Assembly: GCA_947501605.1 (NCBI GenBank)
Contig: CANMWZ010000032.1
Location: forward strand, 1-48,972
Direction: 5' to 3'
Length of the DNA stretch: 48,972 bases
From: Planctomycetota bacterium
GTDB taxonomy: Bacteria > Planctomycetota > UBA1135 > UBA2386
The notes below the pieces were generated by a model. It searched no databases. It worked only from the letters and a program-made list of their open reading frames with translations, and was not told where the DNA came from. This document shows, in pieces, positions 21,530-30,687 of this stretch. The position numbers were made by a program, and so were the translations under genes. How positions within the stretch are numbered: position 1 is the first letter of the stretch; each line of letters begins with the position of its first letter.

Positions 21530-22279
21530 TCAGCGGTTCTGCTGGCGCTGATTGCTGAAGGCGAGGATCACCTGACCGCGGTCCTCCCAGTCAGCGCTGG
21601 CGCGCGAACTGCCTGGGGTCGCTTCTTGCTGCTGGCCGAGCTCGAGGCGCACGAGGTGCGGCCGGATCTCGGGAAGGCCGAGCATCGCCTTCCGCAGCGT
21701 CCACAACCGGCGGTCGCAGAGTTCGAGCGACGTGACCGGTCGGCCGTCGGGCCCAGCACCGAGGATGACGTCCGGGGCTTCGATGATGATGCGGATGTCG
21801 CTCGTGAACGTGATCGATCCCTGCGCTGCCTTGACCAGCCAGTTGAACACGTCAGGCTTGATCGGGAACGGCCGCGCCGACTCGAAGAACGCCGACAGAG
21901 GCGCCTTCATCGTGATGGTGTCGTCGGTCTGCACGACGTCGAGCGATTGACCGGTGACCTCTTCGAACTCGCGAGGCAACGTATCGCGCAAGAACTCCTT
22001 CATCGCGCCATCCTGCGCGTTGATCAGCGGCGCCGGCATCAACGTCTCGCCGCCGCCCTTCTGCTTGTCGAAGATGCCCTCGTCCTTGGTCTTGCCCTCG
22101 CCGGAGATGTGGAAGGCGAACTGCACCGAGTCCTTCAGCTGCTTCATCTTGGTCAGGTCAGCCTGACCGAGCGCGTACAACACCACGAACAGAGCGAACA
22201 GCAGCGTCATCATGTCCGCGAACGACACCAGCCATCGCTCGTGGTTGACATGCTCTTCGTGTTTGTGCTTCTTCGCCAT
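21530..22279 (-). CDS. motB: MotB-family stator subunit with a divergent OmpA-like domain
   Basis: EEHVNHERWLVSFADMMTLLFALFVVLYA (conserved TM Asp). Confidence 0.9.
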   Translation of the reverse strand: MAKKHKHEEHVNHERWLVSFADMMTLLFALFVVLYALGQADLTKMKQLKDSVQFAFHISGEGKTKDEGIFDKQKGGGETLMPAPLINAQDGAMKEFLRDTLPREFEEVTGQSLDVVQTDDTITMKAPLSAFFESARPFPIKPDVFNWLVKAAQGSITFTSDIRIIIEAPDVILGAGPDGRPVTSLELCDRRLWTLRKAMLGLPEIRPHLVRLELGQQQEATPGSSRASADWEDRGQVILAFSNQRQQNR

Positions 22280-22304
22280 GGCGACCTCGCGCGAGTCTCC
22301 GCGA

Positions 22305-23081
22305 TCAGTGCTTCTTGTCCGCCGCGCCGCCACCGTGGCTGCCGAGGTAGGTCTTCAACTTGCTTCGCAACGCACCAGGGGCGACGCCTGATTGAATGCC
22401 GACGACGCCCTCGAGCACCATCTGCTTCAGCAACTGGTCGTGCTCGACGTGGCGCTTCAGTTTGAACGACATCGGCAGGCACACGATGTTGGCGAAGCCG
22501 ACGCCGTAGACCGTCGCGACGAAGGCGACAGCGATGCCGGGACCGATCAAGGCTGGCTGGTCGAGCACGCTCATCACGTGCATCAGACCGAGCACGGCAC
22601 CGAGCACGCCGACAGTCGGGGCCAGTGCTCCCCACGTCTCCCAGAACTTCATGCCTGCCTTCTGGTCTTCCTCGGCAATGTGCATGTCGATCTCGACCGT
22701 CTCACGAATCGCCTCCGCCGAGCTGCCGTCGATCGCGAGAGTGAGACACTTCACGAGGAACGGGTCGCCCTGCCCGCTGTTGGCGTAGGTCTCGAGCGCG
22801 AGAAGTCCCTCGCGACGAGCGAGATTGGCGAGTTCAAGAACCTTCTCCATCAACCCGTGAAAGTCGTACTTCGGCGGCAGGAACGTCCGCTTCAGTGCCT
22901 GGATGGCGAACCCGACGTCGCTGGGCAACGTCGCGACCATCGTCGCACCGAGCGAACCGACAATGACGATGAGGAAGGCCGTCAACTGCAGCAACGAACC
23001 GGGATGGCCGCCTTCGAGGACCATGCCGCCGATGACGCCGATGAAGGCGAAGGCCAATCCGAGCGGGGTGAAGATGTCCAT
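22305..23081 (-). CDS. motA: MotA-family stator subunit
   Basis: LEGGHPGSLLQLTAFLIV, ARREGLLALE, APTVGVLGAVLGL and AFVATVYG. Confidence 0.93.
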   Translation of the reverse strand: MDIFTPLGLAFAFIGVIGGMVLEGGHPGSLLQLTAFLIVIVGSLGATMVATLPSDVGFAIQALKRTFLPPKYDFHGLMEKVLELANLARREGLLALETYANSGQGDPFLVKCLTLAIDGSSAEAIRETVEIDMHIAEEDQKAGMKFWETWGALAPTVGVLGAVLGLMHVMSVLDQPALIGPGIAVAFVATVYGVGFANIVCLPMSFKLKRHVEHDQLLKQMVLEGVVGIQSGVAPGALRSKLKTYLGSHGGGAADKKH

Positions 23082-23215
23082 CGTTGCCTCGTACCAAGGT
23101 GCGGTTGCTCGACACCTTCGACACGTTCGCGGCGTGCGCTAGAGGCTGCGCGGAAGCAGCATTGGCAACGGTCGCGCACGCGCACCAACGGTGCGGGAGC
23201 GTCGACGCGCAGAAC

Positions 23216-24178
23216 TCAGCCCTGAGTCGGCCCGTTGGTGGACGAGCGCGAACGGATGCGCACGGCGCCACCGGTCAGATCTTCGTCAGCCTGAAACTCG
23301 TAGCCTGCTTGCTTCTGCGTGACGATGCGTTGGAACCGCCGAGTCGTCTGGCGATCGATCACGTCCGCAAGTTGCGACTGCGTGACGAGCCGCAACTGCA
23401 GCAGCGCGGCCCCGAGTCGCTGACGACCGTCGCCGTGCTGCTTCACGAGCGCCTCGACCTGCTGCGTTTGCGCGAGGCCCAATTCGACGAGGATCGAGCC
23501 AAGCAGTTCGTCCGCGGGGGAATTGGTGGAACTGGTGCCGACCATGCAGCCGTCGAGGAACTCGAAGCGGAGCTTTTCCTTCGCCATCGTGACGTGGAGC
23601 TGACCCGACTTGCGCGTCCGCCCGAGGAACTGGAACACCGAACGCATCGGCATGGTCTCAGTGCTGCCGTGCAGCATGCTCGCATCGGCCTTCGACGACG
23701 AAGTTGGCGCCGCTCCGGGCGTCGCCGGAGGCGTCGAGGTCGGCGTCGTCCCGCCGCGGCCACCCGTGACGACCGGCGCGCTGGACGCGGCTGGCTTCTG
23801 GGCAGTTGGAGCCTCGGGAGCCGGCCGGGCTACGCGACCGGCGGGCACCTTGTTGGCAGTGCCGGCGACGACCGGCGAGACCGGGACCAACCTCGGGGCA
23901 ATGCGTTCGGACACGCGCTCCGTAGGCCGTGCTGGTGCCGCCGCTGCCGGCGCATTGCCGCCGACTTTGCGCAGCACGTCACCGATGGCATCGGCCAAAT
24001 CGCGCATGCCGCGCTCGACACGAGCGAGCTGTTCCTTGCTACCGCCAATGTCGAGACCTCGCATCGTGACCTGCTCGAGCGTCTGCGCCATGGTCGCGGC
24101 AAGATCGATGAAGTCCGTACAGTAGCCGGAGACGAGAGGGCCGGCGGCCGACGCTGGAAAGGCCTGGAGGTCTTTCAT
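23216..24178 (-). CDS. DUF4388-domain protein with a Pro/Ala-rich linker
   Basis: LHGSTETMPMRSVFQFLGRTRKSGQLHV...LLGSILVELG...RLGAALLQL. Confidence 0.8.
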   Translation of the reverse strand: MKDLQAFPASAAGPLVSGYCTDFIDLAATMAQTLEQVTMRGLDIGGSKEQLARVERGMRDLADAIGDVLRKVGGNAPAAAAPARPTERVSERIAPRLVPVSPVVAGTANKVPAGRVARPAPEAPTAQKPAASSAPVVTGGRGGTTPTSTPPATPGAAPTSSSKADASMLHGSTETMPMRSVFQFLGRTRKSGQLHVTMAKEKLRFEFLDGCMVGTSSTNSPADELLGSILVELGLAQTQQVEALVKQHGDGRQRLGAALLQLRLVTQSQLADVIDRQTTRRFQRIVTQKQAGYEFQADEDLTGGAVRIRSRSSTNGPTQG

Positions 24179-24393
24179 GGTCCCAAGATCGGCTGCGCGG
24201 GGGCTCGTTCCGCAGTCGAACCGCGGACTCGAACCAGGGCCGGCGCCCACCGCGGCACCTTCTTCGCGGGAGTACGCGCGTCGATGCTGCCAAGCTGCGA
24301 CGGACAGCTACCGGCTCCAGGACCAGCATGTTCACAGGCCATCCCACCAACGACGCCCTGCCGCCGCGGCCGACTGAGGGCGACGGCCACCAT
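24175..24393 (-). CDS. Possible small upstream ORF (72 aa)
   Basis: GAGAGAGG RBS-like site before the ATG; its stop overlaps the DUF4388 start (ATGA). No recognisable family. Confidence 0.25.
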   Translation of the reverse strand: MVAVALSRPRRQGVVGGMACEHAGPGAGSCPSQLGSIDARTPAKKVPRWAPALVRVRGSTAERAPAQPILGP

Positions 24394-24826
24394 CGACCTC
24401 TCTCTGGTTCGCCCGGTTCTGCCGGGAGCCGCATTCGCTGGCAAAAAGTGACCTACACCGCGAACGCCCCTGGCACGCCCTTCAGGCCACCGCTCTGGTT
24501 CCCGAAGCCTGGGCGCAGCGGTCCCGCGGCGGCGACCGGCCTGGGGGCGAGCGCGGCCACTTCTTCGCCGCGGCCGAGCGAGCGATAGGCCGCGTGCTGG
24601 TCAACCACGCCGAGGCCCACCGCGCGCAGAAGCGCGGCGGCGGCGCTCCGTTATCTGGGGCGAAGGCGCCCGACGGTGGCAACGCTTCGCCGGCGGCAGC
24701 AGATGCAGGAACCGCGCACAGCGGACGCAACGGCACACACAATCCTCGACGCCGACGCGGGCGCCTCGATCCGACCGGAGCCCGCGACTACGCTGCGCCG
24801 CCTCTCGCCCGCTGAGGAGTCTGCCC

Positions 24827-26170
24827 GTGCCCGCCACTTCGACCTCGTACTGGAACCCCAAGACCGAGACGCTGCCGAAGGCGCAGCTCCGCGCTTTGCA
24901 ATTGACCAAGCTGCAGCGGCTCGTCGAACGCGCCTGGCAGACCTCACCCTTCCACCGCCGGCTCTACGATCAAGCCAAGGTCACGCCCGAGCAGATCAAG
25001 ACGCTGGACGACATCCGGCGGCTGCCGTTCATGACGCGCGAGGACTGGATGGCGAACCAAGCGGACAAGCCGCTGTTCGGCGATCTGATCACGCGACCGC
25101 CGCAGGACGCGATCCGCTACCACCTCACGTCGGGCACCTCGGGCCGCCAACCGCTGCGCGTGCTCGACAGCCGCAAGGACTGGTCGTGGATCGCAGACAT
25201 GTGGTGCTACGGCTTCTGGGGCTTTGGCATCCGGCCGAGCGACACGGTGTTCTTCGCGTTCAGCTACGGCTCGTTCATCGGCTTCTGGGGCGCGCACTAC
25301 TGCTGCGAGAAGATGGGCTGCCTCACGCTGGCGTCGGGCAACATGACGACCGAGCAACGCGTGAAGCAGATCGTCGAGATGGGTGCGACCGTCGTCTGCG
25401 CGACGCCAACCTACGCGCTGCGCATGGGCCAGACCGCCGAGAAGATGGGCATCGACCTGAAGCGGGACGGCAAGGTCCGCCGCGTGATCGTCAGCGGCGA
25501 ACCCGCCGGGTCGATCCCCGCGGTCAAGCGGATGATCGAGGAGATGTGGGGCGGGAAGTGCGGCGACACCGCCGGCATGACCGAGATCGGCACGATCATG
25601 ATCTTCGAGTGCGACCACCAACCGGGCGGCCCGCACATCATCGAGGACCACTTCATCGAAGAAGTGCTCGACCCCGACACCGGCGAGCCGGTTGGTTACG
25701 GCGAACGCGGCGAACGCGTCGTCACGTCGTTCGGCCGCGGCTTCATCCCGCTGATCCGCTACCGCACCAAAGACCTGGTCTGCAAAGTGCCGCACACGCG
25801 CTGCACCTGCGGGCGCACGGGCGACATCTACGAAGGCGGGATCCTGGGCCGCGTCGACGACATGAAGCTGATCCGCGGCACCAACGTGTATCCGCGCGCG
25901 GTCGAGGCGGTCGTTCGCGAGCATCACGAGGTCGAGGAGTTCCAGATCGTCATCACGCGCGTGGACAACGTGCAGGACGAGATCACCGTGAAGATCGAAC
26001 TCAAGCCCGACCAACAGGAGTGCTGGCCGCGACTGCAGGCGAAGCTCGGTAAGGACCTCGCCGATGCGCACGAAGGACTGCGCTTCAACCTCGACCTGTG
26101 CAAGCAGGGCGAGCTGCCGCGCTTCGAGTTGAAAGCCAAACGACTGCAGGACCTCCGGCCCCAATACTGA
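24827..26170 (+). CDS. Phenylacetate-CoA ligase (PaaK) family adenylate-forming enzyme
   Basis: HLTSGTSG, SGEP, AGMTE, PLIRYRTKD and GRVDDMKLIRGTNVYP. Confidence 0.9.
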   Translation: MPATSTSYWNPKTETLPKAQLRALQLTKLQRLVERAWQTSPFHRRLYDQAKVTPEQIKTLDDIRRLPFMTREDWMANQADKPLFGDLITRPPQDAIRYHLTSGTSGRQPLRVLDSRKDWSWIADMWCYGFWGFGIRPSDTVFFAFSYGSFIGFWGAHYCCEKMGCLTLASGNMTTEQRVKQIVEMGATVVCATPTYALRMGQTAEKMGIDLKRDGKVRRVIVSGEPAGSIPAVKRMIEEMWGGKCGDTAGMTEIGTIMIFECDHQPGGPHIIEDHFIEEVLDPDTGEPVGYGERGERVVTSFGRGFIPLIRYRTKDLVCKVPHTRCTCGRTGDIYEGGILGRVDDMKLIRGTNVYPRAVEAVVREHHEVEEFQIVITRVDNVQDEITVKIELKPDQQECWPRLQAKLGKDLADAHEGLRFNLDLCKQGELPRFELKAKRLQDLRPQY

Positions 26171-26181
26171 GCGAGGACGAC

Positions 26182-26388
26182 ATGACGAACCACGACAAGG
26201 ACCTGCTCGGCAACCCGCTCTCGAAGGACGACAAGGAGCTGCTCGAGCTGTATGCGCGATTGAAGGCGCTGGCTGTGCGCACGGACCTGCCGCCGGTGGT
26301 CACGGCCAATGCCAAACAAGCGATGGTCATGCTGTGGAATGCGTGCAACGACCTCGCGCTGATCGCGGAAGAACCGGGCTGCGATTGA
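26182..26388 (+). CDS. Small helical hypothetical protein (68 aa)
   Basis: GAGGA RBS 11 nt after the ligase stop and typical codon usage; MTNHDKDLLGNPLSKDDKELLELYARLK... Confidence 0.8.
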   Translation: MTNHDKDLLGNPLSKDDKELLELYARLKALAVRTDLPPVVTANAKQAMVMLWNACNDLALIAEEPGCD

Positions 26389-26457
26389 GGTACGTCACCA
26401 CGTTGGAGTCGGCTTCTGGGAGACTTCCACCGCCCCACTCGTCCGGCCCCGATTCCC

Positions 26458-28467
26458 ATGGCCAAACAGAACCCGCTCGCCCTCCTCACCCTGCTCGCGG
26501 TCGCGGCCGTCGTCGCGTTCTGGCTCGCGAGCAGCGCAGGGGACGAACCGGTGCCGGCCGCACAGCCGGTTCGCGAACAGGGCGATGCCCGCACCGCCGA
26601 CCACGCCGGCGGCGAAGTCGCAACCGCCCCGCCCCAGACCAAGCGCGAAGTGATCGAAGCCCAACCGACCACCACGACCGAGCCCGCCCCGGCCTACGCG
26701 TTCTCGCTGACTGTGCGCCTGATCGACGAACTCGGCCTGCCCGTCGAAGATGGCAACGTGCGCTACGCGCCGATCGGCTGCACGCGCAACGTCGAGTCCG
26801 AGTCGACCGATGTCGACGGTCGCGTCACGCTGCGTTGGGGCGGCCGCGAGCCGTCGGTACGCATGGCGATCGCAGCGCCGGACTGCGCGCCGCGCGAAGT
26901 GGTCGTCACCGCCGCCACCGGCCGCGAACTGGTCCTGCTGTCGCCGCGCTACGGCGGCGGCCAGCGCATCCGTTTGGTCAGCTCCGGCGGCGGCGATGGC
27001 GGTTCGTTCCAAATGACCATCGATAACGAGAGCGAGACTGCAGCCGTCGGCCTCACCAATGTCGACCGGACCGTGCCACGCGACCGCCGGCTCCACGCGC
27101 ACTCGACGTTTGCGGACCTCTTGCTCGACGAAGTCGCGGCGGAGCAGGCAGTGCACGTGCTGAGCGGGCTGAGGCTGGTCGGCAGTTCGTACGCCTCGAT
27201 CAGCTCGTTCCGCGTCACCTTCTCACCGAGCGTGGAGCAAGGCCCCGATGCCAACCAGTTCGGCACCGTCCGCGGCACCGTCTTCGGCGAGGACGGCAAC
27301 CCCGTCGCCAACCAAGTGGTCTGCATCGGCCCATCGCTGGATCGCTCGACGCAGCAGACGCGGAGCGGCGACGACGGCACCTTCACGTTCGAGAACCAGC
27401 CCATCGGTCCCGCCGAGATCCGCGCCGGCGGCGGGCCGCAGGGACTCGGTCGCACGACCGTGCTCGTCGTGGCTCGCGGCACGACTTCCGCCAACGTCAA
27501 TCTGCGCCGCGAACAGTGCATCGAAGGCACCGCGCTCGGCGAGAACGGCAAACCCCTCGAGGATTGGTTCGTCGAGTACGAGGCGTTGGACGGCAGCTGG
27601 GTCGATCGCACGCGGACCCGCGACGGCGGCAAGTTCCTGCTCGCCAACCTGCCCGGCGGTCCCGGTCGCTTGCTGCTGCGCGAGGAAGCGCATCGGGTGC
27701 CCACGGCGGTGGTCCCGAGCGTGTTGCCCGACAGCGGTCCGGTCGCCTTCGATCTCGCCTCGGACCGGTGGCCGAACGGCGGCATCGTCGTGCGCGTGCC
27801 CGAAGGAAATCCGCTCGCTACCGCTGCGACCTCGCCAGAGCAGCCGACGCCGGCTCGCGCGCCAGACAAAGCGCCGGAGTCGCCGGCAACGCCGATCGTG
27901 CTCACGTTCGGCGACTCGAACGGTGGAGCCGGCAACTCCACGCTGCACCTCGACGCCAACAGTTTCCGCCTCGCGGACATCGTGCGCGAACGCGTGAATT
28001 CCGGCCCCTCGTCGACGAGCACCAACCCAACGGGAATTGCCGTCTACGCCTGGCAGCAAGAGTCGCGGCTCGGCTTCACGATCCCGCGCGGCGAAGACGG
28101 TGCGTTCGCCTGCGGCCGCCTGCCGCCCGGCTACTACCGCATCGAGTTCCACGACGTCGGCTCCGGCTGGGTCGACCTCGGCACGCATTGGATCGACGGC
28201 AAGGGCGCGCTCGACCTCGGCACCGTCACGCGCCCACCCACGGGTCGGTTGGTTCTGGAGAACCGCAAGCCCGAAATGAACGTGGAGCTCTACCACCAGC
28301 GCGCCTGTGGCGACGTGCGCGCCGCGCGCGACCTGGCCGAGCGCACGGACGTCGCGCTGCCCGCCGGTTCGTGGCGCGTGCTCTGGCGCGTCGGCGAGGA
28401 TGAGATCCAGAGCCGCGCGTTCGTGCTGCAGGCTGGGACGACGACCGTCGTCGACCTCGCGAACTGA
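26458..28467 (+). CDS. Membrane-anchored protein with repeated carboxypeptidase-regulatory-like (CnaB-type) domains
   Basis: N-terminal TM, then GTVRGTVFGEDGNPVANQ, IEGTALGENGKPL and LPPGYYRI. Confidence 0.8.
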   Translation: MAKQNPLALLTLLAVAAVVAFWLASSAGDEPVPAAQPVREQGDARTADHAGGEVATAPPQTKREVIEAQPTTTTEPAPAYAFSLTVRLIDELGLPVEDGNVRYAPIGCTRNVESESTDVDGRVTLRWGGREPSVRMAIAAPDCAPREVVVTAATGRELVLLSPRYGGGQRIRLVSSGGGDGGSFQMTIDNESETAAVGLTNVDRTVPRDRRLHAHSTFADLLLDEVAAEQAVHVLSGLRLVGSSYASISSFRVTFSPSVEQGPDANQFGTVRGTVFGEDGNPVANQVVCIGPSLDRSTQQTRSGDDGTFTFENQPIGPAEIRAGGGPQGLGRTTVLVVARGTTSANVNLRREQCIEGTALGENGKPLEDWFVEYEALDGSWVDRTRTRDGGKFLLANLPGGPGRLLLREEAHRVPTAVVPSVLPDSGPVAFDLASDRWPNGGIVVRVPEGNPLATAATSPEQPTPARAPDKAPESPATPIVLTFGDSNGGAGNSTLHLDANSFRLADIVRERVNSGPSSTSTNPTGIAVYAWQQESRLGFTIPRGEDGAFACGRLPPGYYRIEFHDVGSGWVDLGTHWIDGKGALDLGTVTRPPTGRLVLENRKPEMNVELYHQRACGDVRAARDLAERTDVALPAGSWRVLWRVGEDEIQSRAFVLQAGTTTVVDLAN

Positions 28468-28482
28468 GCTGCCAAGCAAGCT

Positions 28483-28628
28483 GGGTAGCAAAGAAAGCGG
28501 CCTCCGCCAGCCCATGCTGCTGACGGAGGCCTACGCATCCCAGAGGGGTCTATCACTACGAGTCTATCGCCGCGGCCCTCGGTGCATCTCCCGAGTCCGA
28601 AGGTCACGAACGACAGCCTCTACTACCC
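28483..28628 (-). ncRNA. Candidate structured RNA (146 nt), family unassigned
   Basis: Ends pair (GGGUAGUAGAG/CUUUGCUACCC) around a 13-bp hairpin and a GAGGG/CCCUC arm; G-U pairs favour the minus strand. Confidence 0.45.
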
Positions 28629-28967
28629 ATGCAGAGTATCGAAGTTGCAGAAGGACGCCATTCCCTCGCCGGCGTCGCGCAAGGATCGATTGCGGTCGTC
28701 GTGAAGGTGCGAGCTTCGGCGCGCCGCACTTCGTGCCTGGAGACGCCAGCCGACGAGCGCCGCCGATGAACTTCGCCATCGGCGCGTAGGAAGGGCTGCG
28801 GCCAGCCGAATCGAACCCAGCGCGTCGACGGTTCCCCGACAAGCCCGAGCGCCCCGTATCGCTCGGTTTCGCTCACGGCGCCGTGGCGAAGCCCTGCTTC
28901 CTCGACAGCACCCCCGTGAGGGGCAGCGGGAAGTGACCCGCTTGCAGCGCTACGCTGCATCGCCTCC

Positions 28968-29465
28968 ATGGTCACGTTGTTCGTGCTCGTGCCGGCGGGG
29001 CACTCGGTTCTAGAAGTGCTGCCGCCCGACGGGCTCCTCGAACCGCGACTGGAAGTTCGCTCCTACCCAAGGGCCGACAATCGCGCCCACCTCTTGAGCC
29101 TCGTGCGCGCGGGCCGCGATCGCACCGCAACGGGATGGCGCGGCGGCCTCGCCATCAGCATCGCTGCCGGTTCGCTCCTCGGACTCACGACCGCGACGAT
29201 TCTCGCTGCCAGTTTCGACATGTTTGGCGGCCTCGTTGGCTTGGCGATCGGCTTCGGCTCTGCCGTCGGCGCGTTTCTTGGTGGCTTCACCGCGGCGATG
29301 ACCGGTACCGAACGAGCCCGCAGCGAAGTGAAGCTCCTCGCCGACTCGGTTCGCACAGGCGACGTGCTGGCACAGCTCGGGCCGTTCCATCGCGACGACC
29401 CGCGGCTTCTCGCCGTGCGCCTTCGCTGCGACGAGCTCCACTTCGCCCGTACGCAGTGCGAATGA
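28968..29465 (+). CDS. Hypothetical membrane protein with a glycine-rich TM hairpin
   Basis: GGLAISIAAGSLLG...GGLVGLAIGFGSAVGAFLGG. Confidence 0.65.
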   Translation: MVTLFVLVPAGHSVLEVLPPDGLLEPRLEVRSYPRADNRAHLLSLVRAGRDRTATGWRGGLAISIAAGSLLGLTTATILAASFDMFGGLVGLAIGFGSAVGAFLGGFTAAMTGTERARSEVKLLADSVRTGDVLAQLGPFHRDDPRLLAVRLRCDELHFARTQCE

Positions 29466-29629
29466 CGCACCCTGTTGACCATCCCGTGAAGTAGCGGTCC
29501 CGAGGTCCACGCCAGCGCCCTCGTCCGGTTTCAGGATCCGCCGCGACAGCCAGCTGTGATACCGCTTTCGCACCGAGCCGCCGCTCGACGGCATGGGCGC
29601 CGCAAGCGCTGCACGGCTCAGCCCGCACG

Positions 29630-30538
29630 GTGCGCGGTGGCATCGTCGGTCGCGGGGAGCATGAGCATCGCCGCTGTTGTGCGCTCGTCTCGTCAAGGCA
29701 CGCCGCCTGCGCAGCCGATCCGTCCCGCGTGCCAGGAACCCTCCGCGATCGCCCACCACCAACGCAGTACCGCAGCGCAGCACCGCCGCCGCGGCTGCCA
29801 GCACTGCCATCGCGCGAAGAGCCGGAGGCCGAGAGCTGCTGGCGCTGGTTCGCACTGGGCTCCGTGCTGGCGTGGATCGGCAGTGCTGTGCTGCCTGGCT
29901 ACTTCACGTGGTTCCTGTGCTCGCTGCCGCACGAAATGGGGCACGCGACGGTTGGCTGCCTGCTCGGTCGACCTTCGGCGCCAGCGATTTCGCTCGCGGG
30001 TCACGCCTGGACCGGCATCGCGGATCGGCAGTGGCTCCTCGTTGTCTTCGTCGCCTTGGCAACTGCGACGGCCGCGGCCCTCGCTTGGCGAGCGCGACGA
30101 ACGGGGCTTGCCTTGCTCTGTGCAATCGCAGCGATCGGGCTGCCGACGATCGCCTTCACCGGGCTCACCGAAGTCCTGATCGCCGTCGGCGGGCACGGCG
30201 GCGAGTTGCTGTTCGCGGGCTATTGCTACGCCCTCGTGTTCACCGGTGGCAAGACCGGCACGCCCCAAGAACGCACCGCATGTGCGTTCGCGGGCTGCTT
30301 GGTGCAAGCCGTCAACGTGAAGATGTGCTTCTTGTTGATGACCAGCGCCAGTGCCCGCAACGACTACGGCAGCAACGGCTCGCTGGGCATGAAGAACGAC
30401 TACCTGGTGCTCGCCGAGGACCTGCTGCATTGCCGGTTGCAGTCGGTCGCGAGCGGCATGCTCCTCTCGGCTATCGCGCTGCCGCTGATCGGACTCGGTG
30501 TCGGCCGTTGGCGAGCGAACCGCCACGTCAACGACTGA
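29630..30538 (+). CDS. M50-like membrane metallopeptidase (start uncertain)
   Basis: LPHEMGHA (HExxH) in a hydrophobic context, a later KNDY motif and multiple TMs. Confidence 0.7.
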   Translation: MRGGIVGRGEHEHRRCCALVSSRHAACAADPSRVPGTLRDRPPPTQYRSAAPPPRLPALPSREEPEAESCWRWFALGSVLAWIGSAVLPGYFTWFLCSLPHEMGHATVGCLLGRPSAPAISLAGHAWTGIADRQWLLVVFVALATATAAALAWRARRTGLALLCAIAAIGLPTIAFTGLTEVLIAVGGHGGELLFAGYCYALVFTGGKTGTPQERTACAFAGCLVQAVNVKMCFLLMTSASARNDYGSNGSLGMKNDYLVLAEDLLHCRLQSVASGMLLSAIALPLIGLGVGRWRANRHVND

Positions 30539-30572
30539 TCGCGACCATCGGGCAGGACGCCGCCGGCGACTC

Positions 30573-30601
30573 TCAAGCGGACGGTCGCGAGGCGTCGATC
30601 A
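30573..30601 (+). promoter_or_regulatory. Sigma28-like promoter candidate (TCAAG-N16-GTCGATCA)
   Basis: Lies upstream of the uORF and histidine kinase with the same 16-nt spacing. Confidence 0.55.
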
Positions 30602-30618
30602 GATCGAGGAACCGAGCC

Positions 30619-30687
30619 ATGCCGTCCGCCCTCACTGCCATCGGCATCACCGACCTCACCTCGGCGATGCGCGCCGAGAACCGTTGA
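30619..30687 (+). CDS. Short upstream ORF (22 aa) coupled to the kinase start
   Basis: GAGGA RBS, MPSALTAIGITDLTSAMRAENR, TGATG overlap. Confidence 0.4.
   Translation: MPSALTAIGITDLTSAMRAENR

Noticed and set aside
21530..23081. Zorya (ZorAB) anti-phage system
   Set aside because: MotA is 258 aa with canonical flagellar-type motifs and no long ZorA tail, and there are no zorC/D/E neighbours.
24186..24193. GCCGAT boxes before the DUF4388 gene and before 17623 as further sigma28-like promoters
   Set aside because: No TCA(A/G)G element at the 16-nt spacing.
28483..28628. Lysine, SAM or cobalamin riboswitch, SRP RNA or tRNA
   Set aside because: The diagnostic conserved motifs are missing, and no downstream gene lies on the favoured strand.
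28910..28960. Cluster of short GC palindromes upstream of 28968
   Set aside because: The stems are short, have no U-tract and are expected by chance at this GC content.
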